Below are positions 42,051 to 57,731 of a stretch of 64,000 nucleotides of DNA, piece after piece. The stretch comes from Escherichia coli. Lineage in GTDB: Bacteria > Pseudomonadota > Gammaproteobacteria > Enterobacterales > Enterobacteriaceae. The stretch lies in assembly GCF_044324875.1 (NCBI RefSeq), contig NZ_CP172185.1; one strand, 5' to 3'. Numbering within the stretch: the first letter of the stretch is position 1; every line of letters begins with the position of its first letter. The notes under the pieces are model-generated. The model saw only the letters and a list, made by a program, of their open reading frames with translations. It was not told the origin of the DNA and ran no database searches. Both the position numbers and the translations under genes were made by a program.

Positions 42051-44132
42051 ATGGAAAGCAAACGTCTGGATAATGCCGCGCTGGCGGCGGGGATTAGCCC
42101 CAATTACATCAATGCCCACGGTAAACCGCAGTCGATTAGCGCCGAAACCAAACGGCGTTTGCTTGACGCGATGCATCAACGTACCGCCACGAAAGTGGCG
42201 GTAACGCCAGTCCCGAATGTCATGGTTTATACCAGCGGCAAAAAAATGCCGATGGTGGTGGAGGGCTGCGGCGAATATAGCTGGCTGCTGACCACCGAAG
42301 AAGGAACGCAGTACAAAGGCCATGTAACGGGGGGCAAAGCGTTCAATCTACCGACGAAGCTACCGGAAGGTTATCACACGCTGACACTCACCCAGGACGA
42401 CCAGCGCGCGCATTGCCGGGTGATTGTCGCCCCGAAACGCTGTTACGAACCGCAGGCGTTGCTGAACAAACAAAAGCTGTGGGGTGCCTGCGTTCAGCTT
42501 TATACGCTGCGATCGGAAAAAAACTGGGGTATTGGGGATTTTGGCGATCTCAAAGCGATGCTGGTGGATGTGGCAAAACGTGGCGGGTCGTTCATCGGTC
42601 TGAACCCGATTCATGCCCTCTATCCGGCAAATCCGGAAAGTGCCAGCCCATACAGCCCGTCTTCTCGCCGTTGGCTGAATGTGATTTATATCGACGTTAA
42701 CGCCGTCGAAGATTTCCATCTTAGCGAAGAGGCTCAGGCCTGGTGGAAGTTGCCGACCACGCAACAGACGCTGCAACAGGCGCGGGATGCCGACTGGGTC
42801 GATTACTCCACGGTTACCGCCCTAAAAATGACAGCATTACGAATGGCGTGGAAAGGTTTCGCGCAACGTGATGATGAACAGATGGCCGCGTTTCGCCAGT
42901 TTGTTGCAGAGCAAGGCGACAGCCTGTTCTGGCAGGCGGCGTTTGACGCACTACATGCCCAGCAAGTGAAAGAGGACGAAATGCGCTGGGGCTGGCCTGC
43001 ATGGCCAGAGATGTATCAGAACGTGGATTCACCAGAAGTGCGCCAGTTCTGCGAAGAACATCGTGATGACGTCGATTTTTATCTCTGGTTGCAGTGGCTG
43101 GCTTACAGCCAGTTTGCCGACTGCTGGGAGATAAGCCAGGGCTATGAAATGCCGATTGGCTTGTATCGTGACCTGGCCGTTGGTGTAGCAGAGGGTGGAG
43201 CAGAAACCTGGTGCGACCGGGAGTTGTATTGCCTGAAAGCGTCGGTTGGCGCGCCGCCGGATATCCTCGGCCCGTTGGGGCAGAACTGGGGATTGCCGCC
43301 AATGGACCCGCATATTATCACCGCGCGTGCCTATGAACCGTTTATCGAGCTGTTGCGTGCCAATATGCAAAACTGCGGCGCATTACGAATTGACCATGTG
43401 ATGTCGATGCTGCGTTTGTGGTGGATACCGTATGGCGAGACGGCGGATCAGGGCGCGTATGTACACTATCCGGTGGATGATCTGCTCTCGATTCTGGCAC
43501 TCGAAAGTAAACGTCATCGCTGCATGGTGATTGGTGAAGATCTCGGCACGGTACCGGTAGAGATTGTCGGTAAGCTGCGCAGCAGTGGTGTGTACTCCTA
43601 CAAAGTGCTCTATTTCGAAAACGACCACGAGAAGACGTTCCGTGCACCGAAAGCGTATCCGGAGCAGTCGATGGCGGTTGCGGCGACACACGACCTGCCA
43701 ACGCTGCGTGGTTACTGGGAGAGCGGGGATCTAACGCTGGGTAAAACCCTGGGGTTGTATCCGGATGAAGTGGTACTGCGCGGTCTGTATCAGGATCGCG
43801 AACTGGCGAAGCAAGGACTACTGGATGCTCTGCATAAATATGGTTGTCTGCCAAAACGTGCCGGGCATAAGGCATCGTTGATGTCCATGACTCCGACGCT
43901 GAATCGTGGCTTACAGCGCTACATCGCCGATAGCAACAGCGCCCTGTTAGGACTACAGCCAGAAGACTGGCTGGATATGGCGGACCCGGTAAATATTCCC
44001 GGCACCAGTTACCAGTATAAAAACTGGCGGCGCAAGCTCTCCGCAACGCTTGAGGCGATGTTTGCCGATGATGGCGTGAACAAGTTGCTGAAGGATTTGG
44101 ACAGACGGCGCAGAGCGGCAGCGAAGAAGTAG
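42051..44132 (+). CDS. malQ: 4-alpha-glucanotransferase (amylomaltase)
   Basis: 693-aa GH77 ORF directly downstream of malP. Confidence 0.97.
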   Translation: MESKRLDNAALAAGISPNYINAHGKPQSISAETKRRLLDAMHQRTATKVAVTPVPNVMVYTSGKKMPMVVEGCGEYSWLLTTEEGTQYKGHVTGGKAFNLPTKLPEGYHTLTLTQDDQRAHCRVIVAPKRCYEPQALLNKQKLWGACVQLYTLRSEKNWGIGDFGDLKAMLVDVAKRGGSFIGLNPIHALYPANPESASPYSPSSRRWLNVIYIDVNAVEDFHLSEEAQAWWKLPTTQQTLQQARDADWVDYSTVTALKMTALRMAWKGFAQRDDEQMAAFRQFVAEQGDSLFWQAAFDALHAQQVKEDEMRWGWPAWPEMYQNVDSPEVRQFCEEHRDDVDFYLWLQWLAYSQFADCWEISQGYEMPIGLYRDLAVGVAEGGAETWCDRELYCLKASVGAPPDILGPLGQNWGLPPMDPHIITARAYEPFIELLRANMQNCGALRIDHVMSMLRLWWIPYGETADQGAYVHYPVDDLLSILALESKRHRCMVIGEDLGTVPVEIVGKLRSSGVYSYKVLYFENDHEKTFRAPKAYPEQSMAVAATHDLPTLRGYWESGDLTLGKTLGLYPDEVVLRGLYQDRELAKQGLLDALHKYGCLPKRAGHKASLMSMTPTLNRGLQRYIADSNSALLGLQPEDWLDMADPVNIPGTSYQYKNWRRKLSATLEAMFADDGVNKLLKDLDRRRRAAAKK

Positions 44133-44147
44133 TAGGGTGCGGTTGAT

Positions 44148-44168
44148 GCCGGATGCGATGCATCCGGC
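44148..44168. terminator. hairpin between convergent malQ and gntT
   Basis: gccggatgc-gat-gcatccggc perfect palindrome. Confidence 0.6.
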
Positions 44169-44179
44169 AGTCAGTGTTA

Positions 44180-45496
44180 TCAAATCACCATATTCAGCAG
44201 CAGACAGCCTACCAGACCGCACACCGAGATAATGGTTTCCAGCATCGACCAGGATTTGATGGTCTCGCCGATAGTCAGGTTAAAGTACTCTTTGAACAGC
44301 CAGAAGCCCGGATCGTTCACGTGAGAGAAAATCACACTACCGGAACCAACCGCAATAACCATCAGCTCCGGGCTAACACCCGTCGTTGCAATCAGCGGTG
44401 CCGCGATACCACCCGCAGTGATTGCCGCAACGGTTGCGGAACCCAGCGCGATACGCAGTACGGCAGCAATCGACCAGGCCATCAGCAGCGGAGAAATGTT
44501 GGTTTCGTGCATCATGGAAGCAATGTATTTGTCCACGCCGCTGTCTACCAGCACCTGCTTGAACGCACCGCCACCACCGATAATCAACAGCATCATCGCA
44601 ATGATTTTGATGGAAGAAACCAGCGTGTCGTTAATCTGATCCATTGAACGACCACGGTTCAGACCAAAGGTGAACATCGCAATCAGTACGGCAATCAGCG
44701 TTGCCATTACCGGGTCACCGAGGAACTCCGCTACCGGCAGGAAAGCGTGACCTTTCGGCAGGATCATTTCGGCAATCGCACGCATCGCCATCAGCACTAC
44801 CGGCACCAGAGAGGTCCAGACGCTGACGCCAAAGCTCGGCATCTCTTCTTCGCTGAAGGTTTTCGCGCTGTACAGACCTTCCGGGATCGGCTTATCGATA
44901 CCTTTCAGCACGCGAGCGTAAACCGGACCGGCGAGAATCACGGTCGGGATTGCCAGAATAGTACCGTACAGCAGGGTTTTACCCATATCGGCATTGAAAA
45001 TGGTGGCAATCGCAGTCGGACCCGGATGCGGTGGCAGGAAGCCGTGGGTCACAGACAGTGCAGCCGCCATTGGTACACCAACATACAGCAGTGGAATATT
45101 CGCGGAAGCCGCGATGGTAAACACCAGCGGCAGCATCAGCACGAAACCCACTTCATAGAACAGGGCAAAACCAACGGTAAAACCGGTCAGTACCACCGCC
45201 CACTGGATGTGTTTTTTACCAAATTTAGCAATCAGCGTGGTGGCGATACGTTGTGCGCCACCACAGTCTGCCAGCATTTTGCCCAGCATTGCGCCAAAAC
45301 CCATGATCAGGGCAAGGCTACCGAGCGTTCCGCCGACACCGGCTTTGATGGAGCCAATAACTTTATCCAGCGGCATTCCTTGCATTAATCCAACAGCAAG
45401 CGCCACGAGGACGAGAGCGATGAAGCCGTTCATTTTGAAACGGATCATCAGGAGCAACAACAAGATTACACCGATAGCAACAATGACTAATGGCAT
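44180..45496 (-). CDS. gntT: high-affinity gluconate transporter (GntP family)
   Basis: 438-aa ORF paralogous to gntU. Confidence 0.95.
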   Translation of the reverse strand: MPLVIVAIGVILLLLLMIRFKMNGFIALVLVALAVGLMQGMPLDKVIGSIKAGVGGTLGSLALIMGFGAMLGKMLADCGGAQRIATTLIAKFGKKHIQWAVVLTGFTVGFALFYEVGFVLMLPLVFTIAASANIPLLYVGVPMAAALSVTHGFLPPHPGPTAIATIFNADMGKTLLYGTILAIPTVILAGPVYARVLKGIDKPIPEGLYSAKTFSEEEMPSFGVSVWTSLVPVVLMAMRAIAEMILPKGHAFLPVAEFLGDPVMATLIAVLIAMFTFGLNRGRSMDQINDTLVSSIKIIAMMLLIIGGGGAFKQVLVDSGVDKYIASMMHETNISPLLMAWSIAAVLRIALGSATVAAITAGGIAAPLIATTGVSPELMVIAVGSGSVIFSHVNDPGFWLFKEYFNLTIGETIKSWSMLETIISVCGLVGCLLLNMVI

Positions 45497-45655
45497 GATT
45501 TACCTGGCCTTTCATTTGTTATGGGTAACGTCAATTTTCTGACGACAAACTCTAATTATCCCAATCGGGAACAGAGATATTGCGGCACCACGACTGATAC
45601 CCACTAAAACTAATTATTGTAGTCAGATGTCAGGAGTATGTTTGGTACCCACGTG

Positions 45656-45672
45656 AATGATACGGGTAACAT
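45656..45672. promoter_or_regulatory. GntR operator-like palindrome in the gntT promoter
   Basis: aatgatacgggtaacat (reverse complement atgttacccgtatcatt), close to the gntK operators. Confidence 0.5.
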
Positions 45673-45800
45673 CCGGCGTTTGAGAATCACCAGAGCGGGG
45701 TAAATTTAAATTATGAGAGGTTGGTCATATTATCGCGGGGAAACGAAGGGAGGGATTTGCCAAAGCAATGCTGCGCCAACGTCTGGCTCATGTTCAACGT

Positions 45801-45856
<56 letters not shown>

Positions 45857-46432
45857 TTAGTAGTAGGAGTGCTCGCCGCGCTGGTGTTCGGTGAGATCGC
45901 GCACACCTTTCAGCTCCGGGAATTCGTTCAGCAGCTGCTTCTCGATCCCTTCTTTCAGCGTCACATCTACCATAGAACAACCGTTACAGCCGCCGCCAAA
46001 TTGCAGAATGGCGTAACCGTCTTCGGTGATTTCCATCAGCGAAACGCGACCACCGTGACCAGCAAGCTGTGGGTTGATCTGCGACTGCAGCATATACTCC
46101 ACGCGCTCCATCAGCGGTGCATCGTCTGCGACTTTACGCATTTTGGCGTTAGGCGCTTTCAGCGTTAACTGGGAACCCAACTGGTCTGTAACAAAGTCGA
46201 TCTCTGCATCTTCCAGGTAAGGAGCGCTTAACTCATCAACATACGCGGTCAGCAGGTCAAATTTCAGGGCAGTGTCGGTGGCTTCCACAGCGTCCGGCGG
46301 ACAATAAGAAACGCCACATTCAGCGTTAGGCGTGCCAGGGTTAATCACAAATACGCGGATTTGTGTCCCTTCTTCCTGATTTGCCAGCAGTTTGGCAAAG
46401 TGCGCTTGTGCAGCATCGGAAATACGGATCAT
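45857..46432 (-). CDS. nfuA: Fe/S biogenesis protein NfuA
   Basis: 191-aa ORF with C-terminal CxxC Nfu domain (GGGCNGC). Confidence 0.95.
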
Positions 46433-46490
46433 AGTAATGGCCTAATAGTTGACTATTTTAGTTGGTTATAATACGCCCATCATCGAGGCT

Positions 46491-47982
<1,492 letters not shown>

Positions 47983-48010
47983 GCAGCTTTTGAAATGGCG
48001 AGACAGAATT

Positions 48011-48184
48011 TTACTGACTCGCCGCAGCCAACTCTTCTTCTGACACCCCGGTAAAACGCATGATGTCCGCAAGAGGGACTCCGGATTACAGCATTCTTTT
48101 GGCGATATCCGGGGCTTCCAGGCGTCGATCCAATAAATAACCAATCAGGTAACTAATAAGATATTCTCTTTCTGCATCTGTCAT
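48011..48184 (-). pseudogene. fragment resembling the RpnA C-terminal tail, interrupted by an in-frame TAA
   Basis: MTDAEREYLISYLIGYLLDRRLEAPDIAKRML*SGVPLADIMRFTGVSEEELAAASQ* aligns with the rpnA C-terminus [32 protein letters not shown]. Confidence 0.4.
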
Positions 48185-48201
48185 TAAAACCATCCTTTAC
48201 G

Positions 48202-49095
48202 TTATTGATGATTTATTTCAGCAAGGTCTTCAACCGTCAGGCTGGTAAATCGCAGAACGTCCTCAAGAGAGACTCCGGCATCCAGCATGGTTTTGGCAAT
48301 ATTTAGGGCGTTGGTACGTATACCTTTCTGAAACCCCTCTTGCCGCAATCTTTCCGCAATAGTCATTAAACTCTCCTTGTGTTTCGGTGAACGTTCGGCA
48401 ACACCGTCGATAAAATCGTTAAAACGTACCGCATCGCCAGTTTGCAGTATGTAATTAAACAGCCCTTTGATTTGTCTGTCATTAGCGTATCCACTACTTA
48501 ATAAGCAGGCCATTTGCTCTACCAGCCCCATCAGGTCGCGTTGACGAATATGTTTTTGAATTAACTCCAGTAGTGCCATACGTCGGTGCTGCATGATTTC
48601 ATCATCAGGCATGACGGTGACATCAATCAGCGGAAATGCAGAGGCATAAAGCTGCCTTGCCAGGTTGGGATCGGCGAAACAATCAAGCCAACACAGCGAA
48701 TAGGGATAGGGGCTTTCAATACCGTGGTAAAACAACAATGGCACCACCATCGGCAAGGTTTTGTATCCGGCATCCAGGTGATTTTGCATTGCGGCAATGG
48801 CGTAGCGCATCATGCGAAATGCGATCAGTTTGTTTGAGGTGCTTTGATGTTCAATCAGACAATAGATGTATCCTGGTCCTTGTTCCGTTTTCACCGACCA
48901 CAGCACGTCGGAATAGCTTTCACGCAGATCGTCATCAATAAAGCTGCTCGACTCCAGCTTGAGGGTTTTCATATCACAGAGCGCGTGAATAGGTGCCGGT
49001 AAATGGAACGCAAGAAAATCGCGCGCCGTCTCCGGTTGGCGTAAAAAGAGTTTGAACAGCGCATCGTGTGGGGTGGAACTCTGCTTTTTGCTCAT
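48202..49095 (-). CDS. rpnA: recombination-promoting nuclease, YhgA-like (Rpn) family
   Basis: 297-aa ORF with the YhgA-like N-terminal domain; position between bioH and feoC as for yhgA in K-12. Confidence 0.85.
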   Translation of the reverse strand: MSKKQSSTPHDALFKLFLRQPETARDFLAFHLPAPIHALCDMKTLKLESSSFIDDDLRESYSDVLWSVKTEQGPGYIYCLIEHQSTSNKLIAFRMMRYAIAAMQNHLDAGYKTLPMVVPLLFYHGIESPYPYSLCWLDCFADPNLARQLYASAFPLIDVTVMPDDEIMQHRRMALLELIQKHIRQRDLMGLVEQMACLLSSGYANDRQIKGLFNYILQTGDAVRFNDFIDGVAERSPKHKESLMTIAERLRQEGFQKGIRTNALNIAKTMLDAGVSLEDVLRFTSLTVEDLAEINHQ

Positions 49096-49240
49096 GGCGT
49101 TCCTTCACCTGTTGTTTGAATGCCGCGACTCTACGCGCCACTCCACACCTGTGCATTAGCGAGTTTTCATCCCTGCGAGACGCTTTCAGAGGAACTTGCG
49201 CCGTGCTGCAAGGGTTACATTTTTATGGAAAGTCGCACGC

Positions 49241-49276
49241 AAAAAAGCCCGGATGCAAACGCATACCGGGCTTTTC
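49241..49276. terminator. bidirectional intrinsic terminator downstream of feoC
   Basis: gcccggatgc..gcataccgggc stem flanked by A-run and T-run. Confidence 0.75.
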
Positions 49277-49297
49277 AAAACAGGTGATGGAGTATGG

Positions 49298-49534
49298 TTA
49301 ACGCAGCGCCCACCACTCGCGCAGGCAGGCTTTGCCTTCCGGGCAGCTTTTACAATTGCCAGAGAGGCAGCCGTCAGGTTCTTCCCGAATCCGCACGGCT
49401 TTGCCCATGCTTTCCAGCTGTTGCAGCATGGCGTTAATCATTGGCTGCGGGGTGTTCAATGTCTGGCTTATCTGGGCCGCTTCCATACGGCCCCGTAACG
49501 CCAGCAAATCACGCACCTGAATAAGTGAAGCCAT
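49298..49534 (-). CDS. feoC: FeoC, small winged-helix protein of the ferrous iron transport system
   Basis: Start [11 protein letters not shown]; four-Cys cluster; ATG overlaps the feoB stop. Confidence 0.9.
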   Translation of the reverse strand: MASLIQVRDLLALRGRMEAAQISQTLNTPQPMINAMLQQLESMGKAVRIREEPDGCLSGNCKSCPEGKACLREWWALR

Positions 49535-51855
49535 TAATGGCAATCACCGGTGGTGTTGGCTGCGCAGCAACTGCTTACCGACTTGCGCGTTGCCAGCAGT
49601 TCGATATCCACCCGGCTACGCGCGCGACGCAGCAAACCGATAACCACGATGTTAAACAGGATAACCGCCAGAATGCACACCAGGCTGTAAGTTGGATGCT
49701 GGCTGTAGCTGGCGACTTGATAGAACAATGTTGCCAGCGAGTAAGCGATATTCAGCCCCCACAGGATGGAGAAGCCCATCCAGCCACGGCTTGATTCACG
49801 GGCGATAGCACCCATCACCGAGATGCACGGTACGTACAGCAGGACGAAAATCAGGTAGCTGTATGCGGCAGCTGCACTACCGAATTTCTGATCCATCACA
49901 CCCATCGCCCCGGTACCCATTTCGCCGTCGCCTTTGCTCGCTTCAATCGGGTTCATCAGTACGCTAAGGCTGAAGGTGTCTTTCAGGCTCTGCCAGGTTT
50001 CATCTACCGCACTGAACAGCTCTTCACCGAGGTTAAATTCCGCCGGATTGAACTCTTCGTCCTGAATATTTTCTGCGGTGTAGAGGGTGTTGAGCGTACC
50101 CACCACCACTTCTTTCGCCATTGCGCCTGTAAACAGGCCAACCGTTGCCTGCCAGTTATCTTCATGCACGCCAATCGGCTTGAAGACTGGGGTGATCACC
50201 CGGCTGACGGAAGCCAGCGCCGAGTCGTTGATGTTATCGACGATTTTCCCGCTCAGAGAGAAGCTGTTGAAAGCACTCAGGAAAATGCTGACGATGATAA
50301 TCACTTTACCAGCACGCAGAACGAAGCCTTTCAGACGCTGCCAGGTCTGGATAATCAGGCTTTTAACGTGTGGTACATGGTAGACCGGCAGCTCCATGAC
50401 AAATGGCGTCGCTTCACCGCGCATGATGGTGTACTTGAGCATCAGGCCAGTCAGCACCGCCATCACGATACCGAGCATATACAGCGAGAAGACCGCCAGC
50501 GCACCGTTCTGCCCGAAGAAGGCAGCCGCGAATACGGCGAAGATAGCCAGACGCGCGCCGCAGGACATAAACGGTGCCATCATGATGGTCATCAGACGTT
50601 CACGCGGTGCATCAAGCGTACGTGCGCCCATTACCGACGGTACGTTACAACCGAAACCAACGATCAGCGGCACAAAGGATTTCCCCGGCAAGCCCAGCGC
50701 CTGCATCAGACGGTCCATCACAAACGCCGCACGCGCCATATATCCGGAGTCCTCGAGGAAGGAGAGGAACAGGTACATCATGCCGATCTGCGGCACCAGT
50801 GGCAGCACGGTGTTAATACCGCCGCCCAGGCCCTGGGCGAGGAAGATAGTCAGCCAGTCCGGGAAGTGGAGCGTGTAGCCAATCCACTGAATACCATGCA
50901 CAAACAGCGCCACGGAACCGACATCAAACAGCGGCTGTAACGCCCCGCCGATGTTGATAGCCAGCAGGAACATCAGGTACATCACAAAGAGGAAAATCGG
51001 CAGACCGAGGAAACGGTTGAGCACGATTTTATCTACCGCAGTGGTGAAACGGCTGGGTTCTGCCGTCAGGGTGTTGCTTACCACATCACAGATGGCAGCA
51101 ATGCACTGGTAACGCGCATCGGCAATGTGCAGCGCCGGATCGTCCATCTCATTACGCAGACGGGCGAGGGCGGCATCCAGATGCTGCGACGCTTCACCGG
51201 CGTAGGCGCGGCTGTAGATATCGCCTTCCAGCATTTGCAGGCCCAGCCAGCGACGTTGTTTCAGCGGGATGTCGGAAGGCATCACTTTTGCCAGTGAATC
51301 TGCTTCGTTGAGCAGCGGCTGTGCGTAATGCACCAGTTCCACATTCTCGTTAGCTTTATAGCGATCAATCGCCAGCTTGAGCGCTTCAATACCGCGACCA
51401 CGGGTTGAAACCAGCGGGATCACCGGGCAGCCAAGACGCGCCGACAGAGCATCAATTTCAATACGAATATTTTGCTTCTCGGCAATGTCGAGCATGTTCA
51501 GTGCCACGATGCAGGGAATGCCGAGTTCCAGCAGTTGCAGCGTCAGGTACAGGTTACGCTCAAGGTTAGACGCATCCACCACGTTAATCAGCAGGTCGGC
51601 GTCGCCACTCAGAATATAGTGACAGGCGATTTGCTCATCGAGCGAGGTCTGCGATGAGATGGTGGTCAGAGAATAGGTGCCGGGCAGGTCCACCAGCGTG
51701 ACCTGATGATCGGTGGTGGAGAATTGCCCTTCTTTACGTTCGACGGTAACGCCAGCCCAGTTACCTACACGCTGACGTGCGCCAGTGAGCTGGTTAAATA
51801 AGGTTGTCTTGCCAGAATTTGGATTACCAATTAAGCCAATGGTTAATTTTTTCAT
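49534..51855 (-). CDS. feoB: ferrous iron transporter FeoB
   Basis: Start [25 protein letters not shown] (G-protein domain) followed by polytopic membrane domain. Confidence 0.95.
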   Translation of the reverse strand: MKKLTIGLIGNPNSGKTTLFNQLTGARQRVGNWAGVTVERKEGQFSTTDHQVTLVDLPGTYSLTTISSQTSLDEQIACHYILSGDADLLINVVDASNLERNLYLTLQLLELGIPCIVALNMLDIAEKQNIRIEIDALSARLGCPVIPLVSTRGRGIEALKLAIDRYKANENVELVHYAQPLLNEADSLAKVMPSDIPLKQRRWLGLQMLEGDIYSRAYAGEASQHLDAALARLRNEMDDPALHIADARYQCIAAICDVVSNTLTAEPSRFTTAVDKIVLNRFLGLPIFLFVMYLMFLLAINIGGALQPLFDVGSVALFVHGIQWIGYTLHFPDWLTIFLAQGLGGGINTVLPLVPQIGMMYLFLSFLEDSGYMARAAFVMDRLMQALGLPGKSFVPLIVGFGCNVPSVMGARTLDAPRERLMTIMMAPFMSCGARLAIFAVFAAAFFGQNGALAVFSLYMLGIVMAVLTGLMLKYTIMRGEATPFVMELPVYHVPHVKSLIIQTWQRLKGFVLRAGKVIIIVSIFLSAFNSFSLSGKIVDNINDSALASVSRVITPVFKPIGVHEDNWQATVGLFTGAMAKEVVVGTLNTLYTAENIQDEEFNPAEFNLGEELFSAVDETWQSLKDTFSLSVLMNPIEASKGDGEMGTGAMGVMDQKFGSAAAAYSYLIFVLLYVPCISVMGAIARESSRGWMGFSILWGLNIAYSLATLFYQVASYSQHPTYSLVCILAVILFNIVVIGLLRRARSRVDIELLATRKSVSSCCAANTTGDCH

Positions 51856-51871
51856 TGTTGTTATCACCGTA

Positions 51872-52099
51872 TTAACAGGAAACCGCTTCCACTTCTAATA
51901 AGGCCAGATCTTTTTTGCGTAATACCAGGCTCACTCGACGGGTTTCGATATGAATGGGGTCGCCAAGTGGAGCGACGCGCACCACATTAAAAGAGGAGCC
52001 AGGTAACATGCCAAGAGAAAGCAGTTTTTGGCGATATGCCGGGCTGATTTCACGGGAAAAGCCAGTGATTTTCCACGCAGTATCTGGAGTGTATTGCAT
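51872..52099 (-). CDS. feoA: FeoA
   Basis: 75-aa SH3-like ORF immediately upstream of feoB. Confidence 0.95.
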   Translation of the reverse strand: MQYTPDTAWKITGFSREISPAYRQKLLSLGMLPGSSFNVVRVAPLGDPIHIETRRVSLVLRKKDLALLEVEAVSC

Positions 52100-52212
52100 A
52101 GGTGCCTACTTGTTTCTCATTAACTGGATAACTACCTCATGGGGCGTTTGACAGCGACATGAGACCAGATGATTTGCCAACGAAGGAGAGATTAAATAAT
52201 CAACAACACAAT

Positions 52213-52234
52213 GATAATGAGAATGGTTTCTATC
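52213..52234. promoter_or_regulatory. candidate Fur box in the feoABC promoter
   Basis: gataatgagaatggtttctatc resembles the Fur consensus; a TTGAT-N4-CTCAA FNR-like site lies at 52289-52302. Confidence 0.35.
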
Positions 52235-52436
52235 AGCAATACTTAAAATGTGTGCGAATGTTGGTTTGAATAATAATCTGACTCAATGTTGATGTGGCTC
52301 AAGGTTATATCGCAGCGAAAATATAATTCGAATAGCGAATTACCAGGACTGGTTAATGTTTAATTAAGGTTTCAGTTGTTAATGAAGTGATAAATATTAA
52401 CGGGATATATTGAGAGTTTGGTTGTGGAATAAAAAG

Positions 52437-52455
52437 GCCGGAGATATTCTCCGGC
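52437..52455 (-). terminator. intrinsic terminator of yhgF
   Basis: gccggaga-tat-tctccggc stem followed by a U-run on the minus strand. Confidence 0.7.
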
Positions 52456-52482
52456 ACTTTTATGTCAGGCAAGGCGTTCGTT

Positions 52483-52516
52483 GCCAGATGCGGCGTGAAC
52501 GCCTTATCTGGTAGGT
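52483..52516. repeat. REP element
   Basis: gccagatgcggcgtgaacgccttatctggtaggt matches the REP pattern. Confidence 0.7.
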
Positions 52517-52538
52517 TTACGTTTGTCTATCAGGGCGT

Positions 52539-54860
52539 TTAACGTTTTTTGCCCATTGCCGCCGCCAGCGCATCCATCATCGCGCTGTTACCGGCAGGCT
52601 GCGCTTCACGCCCACGCGGTTTGGCTGCCGGGCGGTTGTTTTGCGGGCGTTCATTACCGCCGCCGCGACGGGCGTTGGTTTCGCCAGGCTGCTCGTCCAG
52701 ACGCATAGTCAGGGCGATACGTTTACGCTGAAGATCGACTTCCAGCACTTTCACCTTCACAATGTCGCCCGCTTTCACCACGGTATGCGGATCTTCCACA
52801 AACTTATTCGACAATGAAGAGATGTGAACCAGGCCGTCCTGATGCACGCCGATATCGACAAACGCGCCAAAGTTGGTGACGTTGGTCACCGCGCCTTCGA
52901 GGATCATACCCGGTTGCAGGTCGTTCATTGTCTCGACGCCATCAGCAAACTGAGCGGTTTTAAATTCCGGACGCGGATCGCGACCCGGTTTTTCCAGCTC
53001 TTTGATGATGTCAGTTACTGTCGGCACACCGAATTTCTCATCAGTAAAGTCAGACGCTTTCAGGTTACGCAGCTCGCTGCTGTTACCCATCAGATCTTTC
53101 AGTGCCTGCTGTGTTGCTGCCAGAATGCGTTCCACCACCGGATAGGCTTCCGGGTGAACGGTAGAGGCGTCCAGCGGGTTATCGCCGTGGTTAATACGCA
53201 GGAAGCCCGCACATTGCTCGAAGGCTTTCGGCCCCAGACGGCTCACTTTCAGCAGTTGCTGACGGTTCTGGAACTGACCGTTCTCATCGCGCCAGGCCAC
53301 GATGTTTTGCGCCATCATGCGCGTCAGGCCCGCCACGCGAGTTAACAGCGGAACAGAAGCGGTGTTGAGATCGACGCCAACAGCGTTTACGCAGTCTTCT
53401 ACTACTGCATCCAGTTTGCGGGCCAGCTGCGTCTGGCTGACGTCATGCTGATACTGACCTACGCCGATAGATTTCGGATCGATTTTCACTAGCTCCGCCA
53501 GCGGATCTTGCAAACGACGGGCGATAGATACCGCGCCACGCAGCGAAACGTCGAGATCCGGGAACTCCTGCGCTGCCAGCTCGGAAGCCGAGTAAACCGA
53601 CGCGCCTGCTTCGCTGACGATCACTTTCTGCGCGGTCACTTTCGGGAACTGCTTCTGCACGTCGAGATAGAAACGCTCAGTTTCGCGGGAAGCTGTACCG
53701 TTGCCGATCGCCACCAGTTCAACATTATGCTTTTCACACAGGGCAGCAACGGTCATCGCTGCTTTTGCGGCTTGTCCGGTGTGCGGGTAAATGGTATCGG
53801 TCGCCACCAGTTTGCCAGTTGCATCGACCACCGCTACTTTTACCCCGGTACGCAGACCCGGATCGAGGCCCATCGTTGCACGCAGTCCGGCTGGGGCCGC
53901 CATCAGCAGATCGTGCAGGTTACGGGCAAAGACGTTGATTGCTTCATCTTCCGCGCGTTCGCGCACGGTGCCCATCAGTTCGGTTTCCAGATGCATCAGC
54001 ACCTTGATGCGCCACGTCCAGCTCACCACGCCTTTGCGCCAGCTATCCGCCGGGGCATTGTTCAGGCGCAGGCCGAGATGATCCATAATGATTTGCTCGC
54101 AATAGCTCTCTTTTGGCGGCTCATCGAACTGCGGATCGGCATTCAGCGAAAGTTGGAGTACGCCTTCGTTACGCCCACGGAACATCGCCAGCGCGCGGTG
54201 AGAAGGCACCGTTGACAGCGGTTCGTGATGATCGAAATAGTCGCGGAATTTCGCCCCTTCCTCTTCTTTACCACTCACCACCGTAGAAACCAAATGCGCG
54301 TTCTTCCACAGATAATCACGCACTTTCGCCAGCAGCGCGGCATCTTCGGCAAACCGTTCCATCAGGATATAGCGCGCGCCGTCCAGCGCGGCTTTGGTAT
54401 CTGCCACGCCTTTATCGGCATCAACATATTGTGCAGCGGCGACTTCTGGCGTGTGTGATGGAGAGCTCCACAGCAGGTCAGCCAACGGCTCAAGCCCTGC
54501 TTCAATGGCGATTTGCCCGCGGGTGCGGCGTTTAGGTTTGTAGGGCAGGTAGAGGTCTTCGAGTTCGGTTTTGCTTAGTGTGGCGTTGATGGCATTCGCC
54601 AGCTCGTCAGTGAGTTTGCCTTGCTCGGAAATGGACTTGAGGATCGCCTGACGTCTCTCTTCCAGCTCGCGCAGATAGCTCAGACGCGTTTCCAGATTAC
54701 GCAGCTGCGTGTCATCCAGACCGCCGGTGATTTCCTTACGATAACGTGCGATAAACGGCACGGTATTCCCTTCGTCAAGCAGGCGAACGGCAGCGTCAAC
54801 CTGTTCCGGGCGCGCCTGAATTTCACCCGCAATAATGCGGCAGAACGAATCATTCATCAT
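52539..54860 (-). CDS. yhgF: Tex-like RNA-binding protein with S1 domain
   Basis: 773-aa ORF with Tex architecture and C-terminal S1 domain. Confidence 0.95.
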   Translation of the reverse strand: MMNDSFCRIIAGEIQARPEQVDAAVRLLDEGNTVPFIARYRKEITGGLDDTQLRNLETRLSYLRELEERRQAILKSISEQGKLTDELANAINATLSKTELEDLYLPYKPKRRTRGQIAIEAGLEPLADLLWSSPSHTPEVAAAQYVDADKGVADTKAALDGARYILMERFAEDAALLAKVRDYLWKNAHLVSTVVSGKEEEGAKFRDYFDHHEPLSTVPSHRALAMFRGRNEGVLQLSLNADPQFDEPPKESYCEQIIMDHLGLRLNNAPADSWRKGVVSWTWRIKVLMHLETELMGTVRERAEDEAINVFARNLHDLLMAAPAGLRATMGLDPGLRTGVKVAVVDATGKLVATDTIYPHTGQAAKAAMTVAALCEKHNVELVAIGNGTASRETERFYLDVQKQFPKVTAQKVIVSEAGASVYSASELAAQEFPDLDVSLRGAVSIARRLQDPLAELVKIDPKSIGVGQYQHDVSQTQLARKLDAVVEDCVNAVGVDLNTASVPLLTRVAGLTRMMAQNIVAWRDENGQFQNRQQLLKVSRLGPKAFEQCAGFLRINHGDNPLDASTVHPEAYPVVERILAATQQALKDLMGNSSELRNLKASDFTDEKFGVPTVTDIIKELEKPGRDPRPEFKTAQFADGVETMNDLQPGMILEGAVTNVTNFGAFVDIGVHQDGLVHISSLSNKFVEDPHTVVKAGDIVKVKVLEVDLQRKRIALTMRLDEQPGETNARRGGGNERPQNNRPAAKPRGREAQPAGNSAMMDALAAAMGKKR

Positions 54861-54956
54861 GGTTTGAGTTCATCTTTTCGGATCAAAAATCAGGGGATAG
54901 TTATACGGACTGGCTGGCAAAAATGCCAGCCATCGGCAGGAGGTTAAGACTCTTCC

Positions 54957-55433
54957 TTACGGTTTCACGTACTCGATAGCATTAACATACCAGCTCGCTT
55001 CCCCGGCAGGGGTATTGACCACCGCCAGGTCGCCCACCTCTTTTTTCAGCAATGCGCGAGCCATCGGGGAATCGATAGAGATGTAATCTTTACGGCCAAA
55101 AATTTCATCGTAGCCGACAATACGGAAACGGTGAGTCACGCCATCGTCGTTTTCAATCTCCACCCACGCGCCAAAAAAGACTTTGCCTTCCTGCTGCGGG
55201 GAGTAATCGACGATTTTGAGATTTTCCATGCATTTAGTGAGATAGCGCACGCGACGGTCGATTTCACGCAGACGCTTTTTATTATACTGATAGTCAGCAT
55301 TTTCGCTGCGGTCGCCCAGACTTGCAGCCCAGGTCACCTTTTTTGTGACCTCCGGGCGTTCTTCACGCCAGAGATAATTAAGCTCTTGTTTGAGTTTTTC
55401 ATACCCTTCCCGGGTAACCAGGGGCGTTTTCAT
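54957..55433 (-). CDS. greB: transcript cleavage factor GreB
   Basis: Conserved start MKTPLVTREGYEKLKQEL; the ORF track extends 12 codons upstream. Confidence 0.93.
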   Translation of the reverse strand: MKTPLVTREGYEKLKQELNYLWREERPEVTKKVTWAASLGDRSENADYQYNKKRLREIDRRVRYLTKCMENLKIVDYSPQQEGKVFFGAWVEIENDDGVTHRFRIVGYDEIFGRKDYISIDSPMARALLKKEVGDLAVVNTPAGEASWYVNAIEYVKP

Positions 55434-55660
55434 CTCGTTGATTCCCTTTGTCTGTTTGATAATGCGCACATTGGGTATAACGTGATCATATCAACAGAAT
55501 CAATAATGTTTCGCCGAATAAATTGTATACTTAAGCTGCTGTTTAATATGCTTTGTAACAATTTAGGCTGAAATTCATACCAGATTTAGCTGGTGACGAA
55601 CGTGAGCTTTTTTAAGAATACACGCTTACAAATTGTTGCGAACCTTTGGGAGTACAAACA

Positions 55661-57729
<2,069 letters not shown>

Positions 57730-57731
57730 AT

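Noticed and set aside
43342-44163. 273-aa minus-strand ORF inside malQ
   Set aside because: Antisense to malQ; Pro/Arg/Ser-rich translation typical of a GC-rich antisense frame
50164-50940. 258-aa plus-strand ORF inside feoB
   Set aside because: Antisense to feoB; His/Arg-rich, no domain-like features
54907-54935. Hairpin ggctggca-aaaa-tgccagcc between yhgF and greB as a greB terminator
   Set aside because: Good stem but no U-tract on either strand; not confident enough to list as a feature
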